From assembly GCA_973895155.1 (NCBI GenBank), contig OZ316899.1, positions 6,947,241 through 7,011,240 on the forward strand: a stretch of 64,000 nucleotides of DNA. The letters are read 5' to 3'. Positions 1 to 12,400 of the stretch are shown piece by piece. The notes beneath the pieces were generated by a model. That model was given only the letters and a program-made list of their open reading frames with translations, did not search any database and had not been told where the DNA came from. Position 1 is the first letter of the stretch; each line of letters starts with the position of its first letter. Made by a program: the position numbers and the translations under genes. The DNA comes from Marsupella aquatica (lineage: Eukaryota > Plantae > Marchantiophyta).

Positions 1-1700
1 AACCTATAAACATACCTTTTTGCCCTTCGTCGAAAAGCAGCAATGTCAATCTTTTCCCCAACTTTCGGGTTCCAGATGCTCTTAAAGAACCTTACCTTAA
101 CCCGTTGCAGGAAATCCTCAAAGTCATCATCAATTTCAACAAGGAGGGATGCCTGACTATTCTCTGGGGAAGAAAGAATTCTACATTCAGGGATAGTGAG
201 AATAATCTCAGAGATTGCTTCACTTAACAAGCACCTCGCAATGGACTCTACCTATTCCCAGGTTGCCCATCGATGCAACCAGAGCTTGGTCTCACTATCC
301 AAAAATTGAGATGGGTGGAAATATTGTTTACGCAACTCTGGTCTGCACTGTGCTTCGAGAAGAGTGCAATGGAGTTGTGGACTCAGAGAAGTTACCCCGG
401 TGAAAAGCCTTGCACGATCAAGGCCACACGAAACATTCCCTCTCCCCTTATCATCCGTCCGCTGAGCTTCCTTCCTTTCTTTCTCACAATAATTGTGCAT
501 CTCAACACATTTCTTGAAGAAATCCCCAAAGTCTGGATTCAGAAGCGGGGCAAACTTTGGAACTTTGACATTCCAGTCAGAGAGTTTCTCCTTCATCATA
601 TCTCGAATGGCAATATCCTTAGCAACTTTGGATAGAGGTTCACCGAGTTCCTCCTTCAGTGCAAACTTCTTGAGTAAGTCAGCAGTTTGCGAAGCTATGT
701 TTGCAGTTGAAAGAATATAAATGCATGCATCTAAGGTCATTTGCTTTGAATACCAAGATGGCTTCTTCACATTTTGCATCTTCTGCTGAAATAACTTGAA
801 ATTCTCTGGATCAATTAAATCTTTGTAAACTGAGAGGTCCGTGCGCAAAATCTTCTGGACCCAATCAGCTTCAAGCACCCACAAATTTTCAACATGGCGT
901 TGTGTCAACCTGCCATTGAGGATAGAATTCAACAAATAGCAAGAACAAATCATGCTCGAAAATGAAGCAAAAACATCAAATGTGTCAAAGATCTTCTCAC
1001 CGGTTGAGAGCATGCATCGCAGATTCAATCTGCACAAAAGTATCCTTCTCTCCTTTGAATATCTTCGAGACAACTCGAGGATGATATTTGACATCGTGAG
1101 GATTCTCAGCAGCAAGTAGGTTCCACGAATAGAGACGGTGATTGCCATCAAATACACAAAACATTTTATCCTTGAGCAGCGCAAAATCGGATGCGAATCA
1201 CACTCCCTCTCGAAAGCTTCATTTTGCGCCAACCACATTGGATCCCAGCTCTGTCTAATTGTGTCATTCAGAAACTGCACGTCCCCATTCTCATTGGTCA
1301 TTTGCACATAAAAACAAGGCGCATCCTCAATGTATCCTTGAGCCCAAAACTCATTCTTCAAAGTCTCAATTGCATTCGAATCTGCCTGAAGAGACCTTAC
1401 AAGCTACATGTTCCGCATGCGACACAATGGAATTCGAGGGGGAACAAGAGGATACCCAAATTCGTCTGGCCCAAACTGGTAAAGGTGCCGGTTAATGACA
1501 ACTGAGAAAGGCTTGGACTTGGCAGAATCCATCGAAGGCGGCACAATATCCATGGGATCAACAAGCTTTCGCCTCCTTGGAGTCTTCAGCCCCGAAGCAA
1601 GTGCTTTGTGGCTCGTAGAACTCCTGGTCTCTTGACGTTGAGAGGCAGCTGATTGTGAGGCAACGGACGAAATAGACTCAGGGGATGCAAAAGTTGCCAT
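1..1700 (-). pseudogene. 5' part of MULE cargo gene: ParB/sulfiredoxin-like N-terminal domain protein (continues beyond window start)
   Basis: ATG at 1700; reads IPLCRMRNM.LVRSLQ..AIETLKNEFWAQGY...KMFCVFDGNHRLYSW (DGNHR at 1135-1149); GT-AG intron 910-1000 at the same codon (HALNR|LTQ) as intron 52377-52469 in copy 2; one premature stop and a frameshift. Confidence 0.75.
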
Positions 1701-1843
1701 CGACTGATAAAGATAGGAGAACCACGTGAAAGGAATGCAAGGAATTGGTATGGTTATTTGCAAAGGAATCCAAAGTCACATGTGTTAGGAATCCAAAGCA
1801 AGATTTCAGGGGAATCCAAAGCAACCCATTCTACGGTGTATCT

Positions 1844-1978
1844 TGTTATACCCTAACTAGGATTAGATATCTTAACCCGAGTTAAGATCTAACCAAGATC
1901 TAACTCAACTACCTCATGTATATATATTGGACACATGAATAAGATTCATTACATTGTTGGAGTATATGGTTTGCAACA
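1844..1978 (+). repeat. 5' LTR (135 bp)
   Basis: TGTTATACCC...TTTGCAACA, same sequence as 8110-8244. Confidence 0.97.
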
Positions 1979-1992
1979 CGTTATCAGCACGA
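1979..1992 (+). promoter_or_regulatory. Primer-binding site complementary to the anticodon arm (5' half) of tRNA-Ile
   Basis: CGTTATCAGCACGA directly after the LTR; reverse complement TCGTGCT-GAT-AACG matches the plant tRNA-Ile(AAU) anticodon arm as recalled, with I34 read as G; typical of Bianca. Confidence 0.8.
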
Positions 1993-3144
1993 ATGCAATT
2001 TTTTTTCTCCACGAAGAGGTGCTAAACCATAAGGGGAGATCCGAAGAGTTTTTCCCAAAAGATGAGCACTTTTGGCCACATTTGAGGGCCATTTCTCGAT
2101 AGAAACCTCGAGTGGAATGATATGGGCCTCTGTTCGTCTATGGCTTGAGAACGATAGACCACCATCAAGAGATCTCGTGAGCCAGCTAGCAATAGGCAAA
2201 CAGTAGGACCATAGAGACAGAACGAAAACAGAAACACGAAGGGCCAGCCGCAGTCTAATCCGAAGGAATTGAAACGAAAGGAAATCGGCAGAAGAGTAGA
2301 ACTTCTTGAAACCCACGGCAACTCAAGACAAATCCCGCAGACGACGCATAGCACACACGAAGGAACGATAGCGCCAACTCAACACGAAGACCAAGCCCCG
2401 GACAAAGCCACGAGGCGCCGTTCCGCAGATAGCACCACACAATCCAGACACAACTCAGACACAATTCGACGCTCGCCGCATGTAGCCACTGAATTCACAA
2501 TTCGACGCTTCGCCGCCTGTAGCCACTGACTCCCGGACCCACACTTGAGACAGCGCAGCGTTGAAACAAGACGAAACGAAACAGAAGATCGATAAGGACT
2601 TCATCGGCACACCATCCCTCACCGAATTGAAACCACCCGTATAGGGACCCTGACTGAAGTCAAAGCGGATCGATCCCACACAAGAAGAGCAGAATAAAGA
2701 AATACACAGAAATTGTAGAGAAGACTCCGAGAGACAAAACGCGAACACAGAAGAGTCCCAGGCAAATTAACACACTGAAGAGAGCCGAAGGAATTGGGTT
2801 CAAGGAAAAAAAAAAAGCACCACCATCCACAGAGAACGAAAGAAGACCTGAGCAATAGAGCACCGCAGGACTGAGAGAGAAAGACCAAGCACACCATAGC
2901 GAAGAGAGCAAACGCGAGCCCCAGACCGAAAACGTACAAGCAAGGGCAGCGACCCCCAATTCTCCTTTCCACCCACCTAAGAGGGAAGAATCCAATCATA
3001 CCGGGACCAAACCTGAAGAATAGTGAATACCAAAAGAAAGGAGCAAGCAAAGCTGACCCACCACAAAATAATAGCTAAGTGCAAAACTCCATTGAACCCT
3101 CCTTAATTGCATACATTTACAAGGTGAACCCATATTAGCCCAAG

Positions 3145-6100
3145 ATGGCAATGGAGAAACTATTATTCCCAGCACTAAGAATTGACGGGAAGAACTATAA
3201 TGATTGGACAATAGACGTGGAGGTTAACCTCACCGCAAAAAGAATCCCAGAAACAATACATACCGACATTGGGGTGGACCAATACCAGAAGTCCCAAGCA
3301 TTAGTCCTACTAAGACACCACTTAATAGAACCATTAAAACATCAATATAAGACGATATACAACCCAAGGCTCCTATGGGATGCATTGAAAGAGAGATTTG
3401 AACACATAACAACTATAAACTTACCAAATGTGCTACAAGCATGGGTAACCTTAAGAGTGCAAGATTTCAAAATGGTAGACTTATACAACAGCGAGATGTT
3501 CCGCATCTCGAACGAACTCCAAATGTGCGGTGAACCAGTGAATGATAAACAACAAATCGAAAAGACACTAGCAACATTTCACCCTACAAACTTAGTAATC
3601 TCAAACCAGTATAGAAACATGGCATTCACTAAATACTCAGCACTAATAGCACACATGCTCTTGGCAGAACAAAACTCAATCCTACTCATGACAAATGCAA
3701 AGGATAGACCCCCGGGTACACTCCCAATACCTGCCACCACTGAGACAAACTTAATTATAAACGAGAAACTGAGAGAAGCTAACTTGACCACACCTTATGA
3801 TAGAAATACAAGTAAATTCAGGGGGAGAGGCTCATATAGGGGAAGAGGAATGAAGGGAGGACGATCGAACTACTCCTACAGAGGAGGACCCAGAGGAGGA
3901 TTCAGCAACCGCGGAAGGGGCCGTGGAAGAAACAATTTCCCCGAAAGGACCACATGGAAACGAGGCCGCAACGACTACCAAGAGAAGCCAAGAAACAACT
4001 CAAACAGCTCAATCACATGCTTCAGGTGCAGTACAAAAGGTCACACCAAAAAGGTATGCCATGCCCCAGCCCATCTTGTGAAACTCTACAAACAAAGTTT
4101 AGATGGATCAAAACTTGAAACCCATGGAGTTTACCTGGAATCACCTGAGATTATACCAGAAATTTATATGGTAGACCCCCCACCTGAGCTAGAGGATATA
4201 GACGTATGCATTATAGACAGTGGTACATCACACACCATCCTCCGAAATAGAAAATATTTCCATGAAATTATCCCTTCCCAAAGACAAATAATCACTATAA
4301 CCGGAGAAAGCCAAATAGAAGAAGGTCACGGAAGAGCCACCTTAACTCTCCCTGGAGGCACAATAATTAGATGCCCATCAGCCATATATGCCCCCAAAGC
4401 AAGAAGGAACCTTCTGAGTTTCCAAGATATTAGAGCCAACAACTACCATATCCAAACAAACATCCAAAACTTACAAGAAGTACTGCAAATAACATCACAC
4501 TCACCAGGAGGGATAATCATTAGAGAAACCATCTCGACCCACCCTTCAGGGTTCTACATCACCCAAAACCAATGTTATAACCTAGGGGTTGAATCCAAAG
4601 ATATCACCGAGACATGGCACATGAGATTGGGACACCCAGGAACCAGCATGTTCCATAGGATAGTCAACAACTCAACAGGAATACCAAAGACCTGTCACCC
4701 AAGGTCATTCCAAAAACCATGCATTGCCTGCTCCCAGGGCAAGATGATTACCGCCCCCTCCATCCCAAAAACCGAAAACCATATCCCCGCATTCCTTGAG
4801 AGACTCCATGCGGACGTATGTGGACCAATCGACCCACCAAGTGGACCATTTCGATACTTCTTGGTAGTGATAGACGCCAGTTCTAAGTGGTCCAGAGTAT
4901 CCTTATTATCAACCCGCAACCTAGTCTTCCCCAGAATCCTTACACACATCTTAAGACTAAGGTCACAATTCCCTGAAAATCCAATTAGAACCCTTAGAAC
5001 TGATGGAGCTGGTGAATTCACTTCTAGAACCTTTGATGACTTCTGCACAATAAATGGAATTGACTCCCAACATAATGTACCCCATGTCCACTTCCAGAAT
5101 GGACTAGCGGAGTCACTTATTAAACGTATACAACAGATTGCTAGACCACTATTAATGCAATCATCACTCCCAACATCAGCATGGGGCCATGCAGTATTAC
5201 ATGCTGCAACCCTACTCCTTTATAGACCATCAGCCTTTAACAGCAACACACCTTATCACCTAGCTTTCGGGCAACCACCAAATATCTCACACCTAAGAAT
5301 ATTTGGATGCCAAGTCCTCATCCCCATACTAGGTCCTCATAGAACCAAAATGGGACCACAACGGAGGAAAGGCATCTATGTAGGATTTGACTCAACATCT
5401 ATCATACGATACATGGAACCTACAACCACTGACATATTCAAAGCCCGTTTCAGCGATTGCCATTTCTATGAAAACATTTTCCCAACCATTAACACGCAAG
5501 AGGGAAAACATAAGTCATACACCAAAACACTCACATGGCAAGCTTCCCCGGCACTTTGCCCAGATCCTCGAACTAACCAAACTGAACTAGAAGTCAATAG
5601 GATACTTCAATTAACCAAGATCATGGAGTCCTTACCCGACTCATTTGCTGATGCCACACACGTAACTAAATCCCATATACCAGCGGCTAATACACCATCC
5701 CGCATACAAGATCAGAGACTATCCTCTGACACACTCCCACAACTCAAAAGAGGGAGACCACTAGGAGCAGTCGACAAACAACCTAGAAACAAGCGTAGAC
5801 CTCCTACACCAACCAACCATACGAGACCACCATCCCAACCAGAGATAGCCATTAACTACAACTCCACTGGTAACATACTAGATAGAATGATGATCAACCC
5901 TGATCTCATATTTGCCTCTCATGTAGCAAATGATATTAACAACCTACCAGATCCCAAATCAGTGACCGAAGCACAAAAACAAATAGATTGGAGAAAATGG
6001 CAAGAGGCCATGAACTCCGAATTAGACTCCTTGATATCTAGAAAAGTCTTTGGACCTATAACCGTAGCTTCCCCAGACCAACACCTCACGGGATATAGGA

Positions 6101-7749
6101 TGACATTTGTTAAAAAGCGAAACTCACAAGGAGAAATACTAAGATATAAAGCTAGGCTGGTTGCTAAAGGCTACACACAAGTTTATGGAACTGACTATGC
6201 CCTGACATACTCACCTGTCATGGATGTCACCACATACCGCTATTTGATAGCATTTGCTATACACAACAAACTGCTAATGCAACAAATGGATGTTGTTACC
6301 GCTTACCTTTATGGTAAACTGGACAACGTGATTTATATGGAAGCCCCGCCTGAACTCATTGAGAGAGTAAACTTCCATGCAAATTCAAAACATAATCCAC
6401 ATATGCACAATGATAATAGTGCAAAATCATTTGACTATATGAACAAATTGGTACTCCACAATGCTTCAAAAGCAATTGCATTACAAGAACCTAGAAAGGA
6501 TCATAAGGCAACCGGAGCAAAGACCCGGTATGCAGTTCAAGTCCTTAGTTCCCTTTACGGACTCAAACAGAGTGGACGTACATGGTACCACAGATTCAAA
6601 AATCAAATGATATCCATGGGATATAAGAATTCCGAAATAGCTCCTTGCTTATTTATAAAGCATGAAGGACCTGAATTCATAATCATCGCTATATATGTTG
6701 ATGACCTCAACCTCCTTGGTACGAAAAAGATGATGAATGAGTCAATGCAAACACTAAAAAGCGTATTTGAAATGAGAGACATGGGCAGAACTTCTTATTG
6801 CATTGGACTCCAATTTGAACATTTGAAAAAAGGCATTCTTTTACACCAAACTACTTACACAAAGAAAACATTACAACAATTCAGAATGAATATGTTGAAG
6901 CCTGTTAAATCCCCCATGGACATCCGTACCCTTGATAAGGATAAGGATATGTTTAGAAAAAGAGAAGAATTCGAACCTATATTAGGTTCAGATATGCCAT
7001 ACCTTTCGGCTATCGGTGCTCTTATGTTTTTATCTAATCAAACAAGACCAGACATAGCATTTTCTGTCAACCTATTGGCGAGACATAGTTCTCAACCCAC
7101 TATAAGACATTGGAACGGGCTAAAATGGATTTTCAGATACCTTAATGGTACATCCGACCTCGGCCTATATTTTCCTAATGAGGATAACCATAAGTTGAAA
7201 GGATATGTTGACGCCGGATACCTTTCTGATCCACATGACGGTAGATCTCAAACAGGATATATATTCTTAATGGGATCAACACCAATATCTTGGAGAAGTA
7301 CTAAGCAAACACTTGCAACCACTTCTTCAAACCATTCAGAAATTATTGCCCTTTATGAGGCTACTAGAGAATGTTTATGGCTAAGGCAAGTAATAGACCA
7401 TATTCTTATTCAAACAGGTAAACAAAACTTAACCATGCCTACAACTATATTTGAAGACAATATGTCATGCATCACTCAAATCAAATCAGGATTTATAAAA
7501 GGTGAACGCACAAAACATATTGCACCCAAGTTCTTTTTCTCACATGAACAACAAGGAAAAGACATCGACATACAATGGATTTCAGGAGACAAGAACCTGG
7601 CCGACATCCTAACAAAATCTCTACCCCCATCTACTCATAGAACACTAACTCACCTCTTGGGGATGCGAAGTCTTAAGAAACTGATGCAGGATTCTAACAT
7701 TGAGGGGGAGAATGGATTTTTCTACAACAACACTATTGAAGAAGAATGA
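3145..7749 (+). CDS. Gag-Pol polyprotein (gag, CCHC knuckle, protease, integrase, RT, RNase H), 1534 aa
   Basis: CFRCSTKGHTKKVC; IIDSGTSHT; WHMRLGHPG/CIAC; HADVCGP, RTDGAGEF, QNGLAE; YKARLVAKG, SLYGLKQSG, IYVDDL; GYVDAGY, NLADILTK; copia domain order. Confidence 0.97.
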   Translation: MAMEKLLFPALRIDGKNYNDWTIDVEVNLTAKRIPETIHTDIGVDQYQKSQALVLLRHHLIEPLKHQYKTIYNPRLLWDALKERFEHITTINLPNVLQAWVTLRVQDFKMVDLYNSEMFRISNELQMCGEPVNDKQQIEKTLATFHPTNLVISNQYRNMAFTKYSALIAHMLLAEQNSILLMTNAKDRPPGTLPIPATTETNLIINEKLREANLTTPYDRNTSKFRGRGSYRGRGMKGGRSNYSYRGGPRGGFSNRGRGRGRNNFPERTTWKRGRNDYQEKPRNNSNSSITCFRCSTKGHTKKVCHAPAHLVKLYKQSLDGSKLETHGVYLESPEIIPEIYMVDPPPELEDIDVCIIDSGTSHTILRNRKYFHEIIPSQRQIITITGESQIEEGHGRATLTLPGGTIIRCPSAIYAPKARRNLLSFQDIRANNYHIQTNIQNLQEVLQITSHSPGGIIIRETISTHPSGFYITQNQCYNLGVESKDITETWHMRLGHPGTSMFHRIVNNSTGIPKTCHPRSFQKPCIACSQGKMITAPSIPKTENHIPAFLERLHADVCGPIDPPSGPFRYFLVVIDASSKWSRVSLLSTRNLVFPRILTHILRLRSQFPENPIRTLRTDGAGEFTSRTFDDFCTINGIDSQHNVPHVHFQNGLAESLIKRIQQIARPLLMQSSLPTSAWGHAVLHAATLLLYRPSAFNSNTPYHLAFGQPPNISHLRIFGCQVLIPILGPHRTKMGPQRRKGIYVGFDSTSIIRYMEPTTTDIFKARFSDCHFYENIFPTINTQEGKHKSYTKTLTWQASPALCPDPRTNQTELEVNRILQLTKIMESLPDSFADATHVTKSHIPAANTPSRIQDQRLSSDTLPQLKRGRPLGAVDKQPRNKRRPPTPTNHTRPPSQPEIAINYNSTGNILDRMMINPDLIFASHVANDINNLPDPKSVTEAQKQIDWRKWQEAMNSELDSLISRKVFGPITVASPDQHLTGYRMTFVKKRNSQGEILRYKARLVAKGYTQVYGTDYALTYSPVMDVTTYRYLIAFAIHNKLLMQQMDVVTAYLYGKLDNVIYMEAPPELIERVNFHANSKHNPHMHNDNSAKSFDYMNKLVLHNASKAIALQEPRKDHKATGAKTRYAVQVLSSLYGLKQSGRTWYHRFKNQMISMGYKNSEIAPCLFIKHEGPEFIIIAIYVDDLNLLGTKKMMNESMQTLKSVFEMRDMGRTSYCIGLQFEHLKKGILLHQTTYTKKTLQQFRMNMLKPVKSPMDIRTLDKDKDMFRKREEFEPILGSDMPYLSAIGALMFLSNQTRPDIAFSVNLLARHSSQPTIRHWNGLKWIFRYLNGTSDLGLYFPNEDNHKLKGYVDAGYLSDPHDGRSQTGYIFLMGSTPISWRSTKQTLATTSSNHSEIIALYEATRECLWLRQVIDHILIQTGKQNLTMPTTIFEDNMSCITQIKSGFIKGERTKHIAPKFFFSHEQQGKDIDIQWISGDKNLADILTKSLPPSTHRTLTHLLGMRSLKKLMQDSNIEGENGFFYNNTIEEE

Positions 7750-8100
7750 CTACTTACTATGAAGAAGCAAACCATCAATACTACCACAAAGGAGATCAAG
7801 ACATCCTCAAGAACACCAATAACTCAAATACAGTACAATGAAGACAATGGAGACAACAACCTCCATGGAGCCTAACAACATAGAAAACACAAATAAAACC
7901 AATATTGTACTCTAGACCTAACATACATACAAAATAGATCATACAAAAGAGATGGAAGGTGGCAATACTCTTTCCTCCCATGATGTTAGTAGGGAAGGTT
8001 TTAATGAGACTGCACCTCCATCATCTCACAATATAACATAGGTAGAAGATATCTAACTGATAGCAACTTAGATTGGTCGTTATCAAAAACTATAACACCC

Positions 8101-8109
8101 AAGGGGGAG
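8101..8109 (+). promoter_or_regulatory. Polypurine tract
   Basis: AAGGGGGAG immediately before the 3' LTR. Confidence 0.9.
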
Positions 8110-8244
8110 TGTTATACCCTAACTAGGATTAGATATCTTAACCCGAGTTAAGATCTAACCAAGATCTAACTCAACTACCTCATGTATATATATTGGACAC
8201 ATGAATAAGATTCATTACATTGTTGGAGTATATGGTTTGCAACA
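8110..8244 (+). repeat. 3' LTR (135 bp)
   Basis: Same sequence as the 5' LTR, followed by TSD TATCT. Confidence 0.97.
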
Positions 8245-8672
8245 TATCTGACATTGATAGGGAATATCAATATTTAACACCTTCGTGCCAAAGATCTGTC
8301 AATGAGAGCTATACAAATGTTAATCCCACCGGTGCTAATTAACGTTAACAAAGGATCAGTTAACGTTAACAAGGAGTCTAATTACTACTTACCAACAACT
8401 CGGTCAGATGAAATGTACATTTGACTCCAACGGTTGGAGTCAATTACTCTATAGTTGACCAACTTGGGTTGGGTATCCGTTGAAAGTAACCATTCTCCAA
8501 AATAACAAAATATGCCGATGGAAGTATGAACCAAAGTTTTTATAACATTTACTCTTCAAAATGAAGTTAACCCTTCCAACGGTAATATAATTTTGACTGA
8601 TTATGGGTCTTGTTGAGGCCAAAATGGACAAACTCCATACTTTGTTTGAGACAAGTATTTAGACAGTTTTTT

Positions 8673-9309
8673 GCCAGCGATATCGCTGGCCAAATCACTG
8701 CTAATGGGGTAGGTTAAAAGTGAGGTGGGGTTATTTGAAATGATCCCTTCATTCTTTCCTAAATTCTTTCCTAACTTCTTCAAACCGTCAACTAATAGCC
8801 CAATGTTGCATGTGTAAACTATACTAATAGCCCATATATTTGTTTCTATATCCCTCAATTGAACCCCAAAATCAAATAATAGTTTACCCTAAATTGGTGC
8901 TTCAGGCTAGCGATATCGCTGGCCTAATTCAGGGTTTGTCAGAGGTTTATTTTATGGGACATCTCAGAATCCTCTACCCTGTTAATGTCAATTTGTAAGT
9001 GGAAATCATATTTAAGAATCACTAAAATATAGATGGTTGAAGATTAGAGTCTCCCTTAAAGAAAGAAAAGTTACCTAAATTATGTCTAGCGAGGTCGCTA
9101 GCAAAAACTGTTGTTTAACACAAAGCTCCAAGTTCAATAATCCTTTTACTTTACCCCAAGTATACTCCAAGTTCAGTAAACATCCTACTACAGCCCAAGC
9201 TATCCTTGTTATCAACATTAAATAGGTAATTTTTGGAAGATTACCAGATATAACTTTGGATGACAAGGACCTCTTTATAATACAAATTTAGGCCAGCGAT
9301 ATCGCTAGC
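8673..9309. repeat. Four dispersed 18-bp palindromes (GC[CT]AGCGA-nn-TCGCT[AG]GC) in the MULE intergenic region
   Basis: 8673-8690 GCCAGCGATATCGCTGGC (perfect), 8906-8923, 9085-9102, 9292-9309; starts about 180-235 bp apart. Confidence 0.9.
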
Positions 9310-9467
9310 AATAATTCATGTCTTGAAGGTATTAGAGCCGTTGAAGTTTTGTCGTATATGCAACGTTAAACTGGCATTCCATTTATTCTAAACTTTATTG
9401 TCCTAATATTATTCTATATATTCATCCATGATGTTTGTGTTTGGATCCTTGTCTTGGTCCTCATTTG

Positions 9468-12400
9468 ATGGCTCCGAGCGTCATCTTCTGGCGTCGGAGC
9501 TCTGGAGACATTGTTACTCTTGATGTTTCATCTATGAGAAAGATCACTAATGTGACCGAGGCCTTTCTTTTGACAAGATTTGGGCTCAATAACTGTGATT
9601 TCATTTCGAGGTTGTTCTTTCTTGTTTCACTTCATGGATCAAGGAAGGACAAATTTATTTCAAGAACTCTACATGGTGCAAGAGTTTGGGAGGTTGCTTC
9701 CGGAGATGTGGTTGAGGTTTTGTCAGGAAAAGATGATTTTCCAGAGCCTTTTCAGAATCCTCGGGGAAAAGTGCTTGTAGACCTTGATTCTCCCCCGGGG
9801 AGAGGAACGAATGTCCAGGCCTCTGGTTTTGGGTCTACCACTCTTGAGGGTACTAATTCTGCTTTTGGAAGTTGTTCTACAGAATTGAAAGTAGATACTC
9901 CTCTTCCAAGTGCTTCAGGATGTCATCTTTTTCAGAAAGTCTACAGAATTGGTGCGCTTGAAGCATTTTTGAGCATTACTGGGGCAAGTGAGCTAGCAAG
10001 ATTTAGAAGAGATGTCTCGTGGGTTGATGTTCAAGTTGATCGTCTTCCAACAAGTTACAATGGAGACATGGTATATGAGCTTCCTCCGGTGGAGTCAAGA
10101 TTTGGTCGCGGTCAAGGGCTTCTTGACATGGACCGCGACAATGATGGCTACCCTTGGACCCGCTTGGTCACTACTTTGGCTAACCTGAAGCCACGTAATC
10201 ACTGGTCTGTTTTCAAGGTCCGTTGCAGTGGTGTTGTGCAGTGCCAAAATTTGAATTGTTCAAGGTTCAAGGAGATAGGAATGAGGAATGAAGCGGCATT
10301 TCCTGGAAGATCACTAATGACCGATGTCTTCCAGCCGGGAAATCTGGTTCCAGAAGGTGGTTTGGTTTGTGGCTTTTGTGATGAGAGACCTTATTGTGTC
10401 CGGCCTTGTCCAGCAATGATGTTTTATGTTTATGCAAAGCCAACTTTGGACTCTCATGTCTCAAAACACATGTCTAGACTCGTAGTGCATATGGGAGTTC
10501 ATGATCATCCCATCCAAATGGGGAAGTGTCGAGTTGCAAAAAAAAGGCGGAAGATGTTATTCAAGAAGTTCAATCAGCTCATCCCTTGGCAACCCCTTCC
10601 CATGTGAAGAATATTTCAATAGGTACATTGATATCTCTTCTCCACCCTGAGGCATGTCACGATCTTTCAAAAGAAGAGGAGGTGGAATTGTGGAACTCGA
10701 TGAAAGTTGTGTCCTCGCCGACAAAATTCCATGCAATTTTCCGGAGCGTTAAAATTGGGAATCCCAAGAAAGGTGAGTTGGATTCGCTTTGTGACATGCA
10801 AATGCGCGTGAGATTTCCATTTGTACAGCGTTTCCTGTTCCCTGGCCAGGCTGGCAAGTCCATTTGAGCGCATGTATTCAAGATGAGTACCAAAGGTCCC
10901 GGTTCTAGAGTTGACATTCTCAATCGGATGCAAAAAGGTGGAACTTTAGAGGGAGCTTGGGTGAGTTTTGATGTGATGCACATAATAACTACTGGTTGGT
11001 TAACTTTTAGTGCTCACGTATACAATCACACTTATCGCGCTCTTTGTACTATCTTCACTTGTGAATTGAAAGCCGAGGATGTTGAGTCACTGGAAACTGC
11101 ATGGCATTTAATGTTGGAAGTTGCTGCTGAGAATGGTATTTCCAATGTAAACATAGCTGGTTTTATGGCTGACAATGCTGAAGCTGGATGGATCGCTGTG
11201 AGAAATGTTTTCTTTGATGGTGTTCGTCTCCCTGAGAAAGAACATAGTGATGCATTCCATTTCTCGCAGTCACTAAGACGTCATACCGTGGAGGGAATTC
11301 GTGAAGGGAAACACTCCGAACACTACCAAATGTGGGAGAAATTTAGGAATGCACCCTCATATGTTCAAGCTTACAGGGTGGCTAACGAATTTCAAGAGTG
11401 GTGGAAGTGTGGGAATTGTCACCCTGGGAAATTGAGATCTTTGCAAGGCTGGATCGCTTGCTGGGTTGTTCGATGGCGACAGTGGGGAAACTTCTTCAGA
11501 CTGGTAAGTAAACTCATTGTTTTTGGCTAGCGATGTCGCTAGCATTCCTTTCGTGTATGAATGTTATCTTCAAATCAAGTATGTGCCTCCCAATGATTTG
11601 TTTGTTTATGTCTGGACATCAGACTCAAACAGCAAAGGAGTCAGCGTTGATGCCAAATTGTACTGGAGCCAAATCTGTACATGGTTCAATGAGAGCTTGC
11701 CAAATGAAGAAGAAGATTGGGCTGATTGAAGCTTGTGAGCTTGATCAAATCGTGTTGGTGGGCAGATTGCTGCCTTTGCTGCGTACATTGAAGGATGCCA
11801 CAGGGGACATGGACCTACCATATTTGAACTTGCATATAGGAATGCAGATACACTAGGATCCCTTGATGCTTTTGAGAAAGCTACCAATCTTCTACTTGAA
11901 TCATCTCCAAAATATGAGTTCCATCGCACTCAACCACTTCATGGAGATCTTTGCACAAAGTCCGGAAAACGAAAAGGCCAAGCTTCGGCTAGAGCTGGTG
12001 CTGAAGACTCTCATCGACATGATAAGGTGATGCGCACGGAGGCGGTGACAAGAGGCGTACACCCAAGAAATTTATATTCTGATTTCCGGAGTGTCAATGT
12101 TGTGGAAGAGAGCGACAAGTTGAAGAAAAATTTGGGCATACTCCATCCTTCAACATTCTCTAGTTGTCCAGATCCATCCGTCGTGATTCTTCTTTCCGAT
12201 AATGAAGGGAATGACACTGAGAGCTCAGGAGATGACACTTTTGAAATTCCTAAGCCGTTGTCACAACAACATGTATCTCCTGTCCGTCCAGAGGAACCAG
12301 TTTATGTTTCACCGAGGAGAATACCTGCGGTAAATGAAGTTGATGTCCCATTTGGTACTTGGCACTTAAGGCGGTGCGGGAAAGGAAATGGTCCAGTGTG

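Larger units (their letters stand above)
1844..8244 (+). mobile_element. Intact Ty1/copia LTR retrotransposon, Bianca-like
   Basis: TG..CA LTRs 1844-1978 and 8110-8244, identical by eye; 5-bp TSD TATCT (1839-1843, 8245-8249); PBS, PPT and one uninterrupted gag-pol ORF. Confidence 0.97.

Noticed and set aside
252-1361. 369-aa ORF as a complete protein
   Set aside because: It changes frame near 1180 and reads through a 91-bp intron; the true frame carries DGNHR and is confirmed by copy 2.
1979-1992. tRNA gene
   Set aside because: Only 14 nt of complementarity; it is the retrotransposon PBS.
1984-3211. Several minus-strand ORFs in the copia leader
   Set aside because: Low-complexity Phe/Leu/Cys-rich shadows of an A-rich strand with no motifs.
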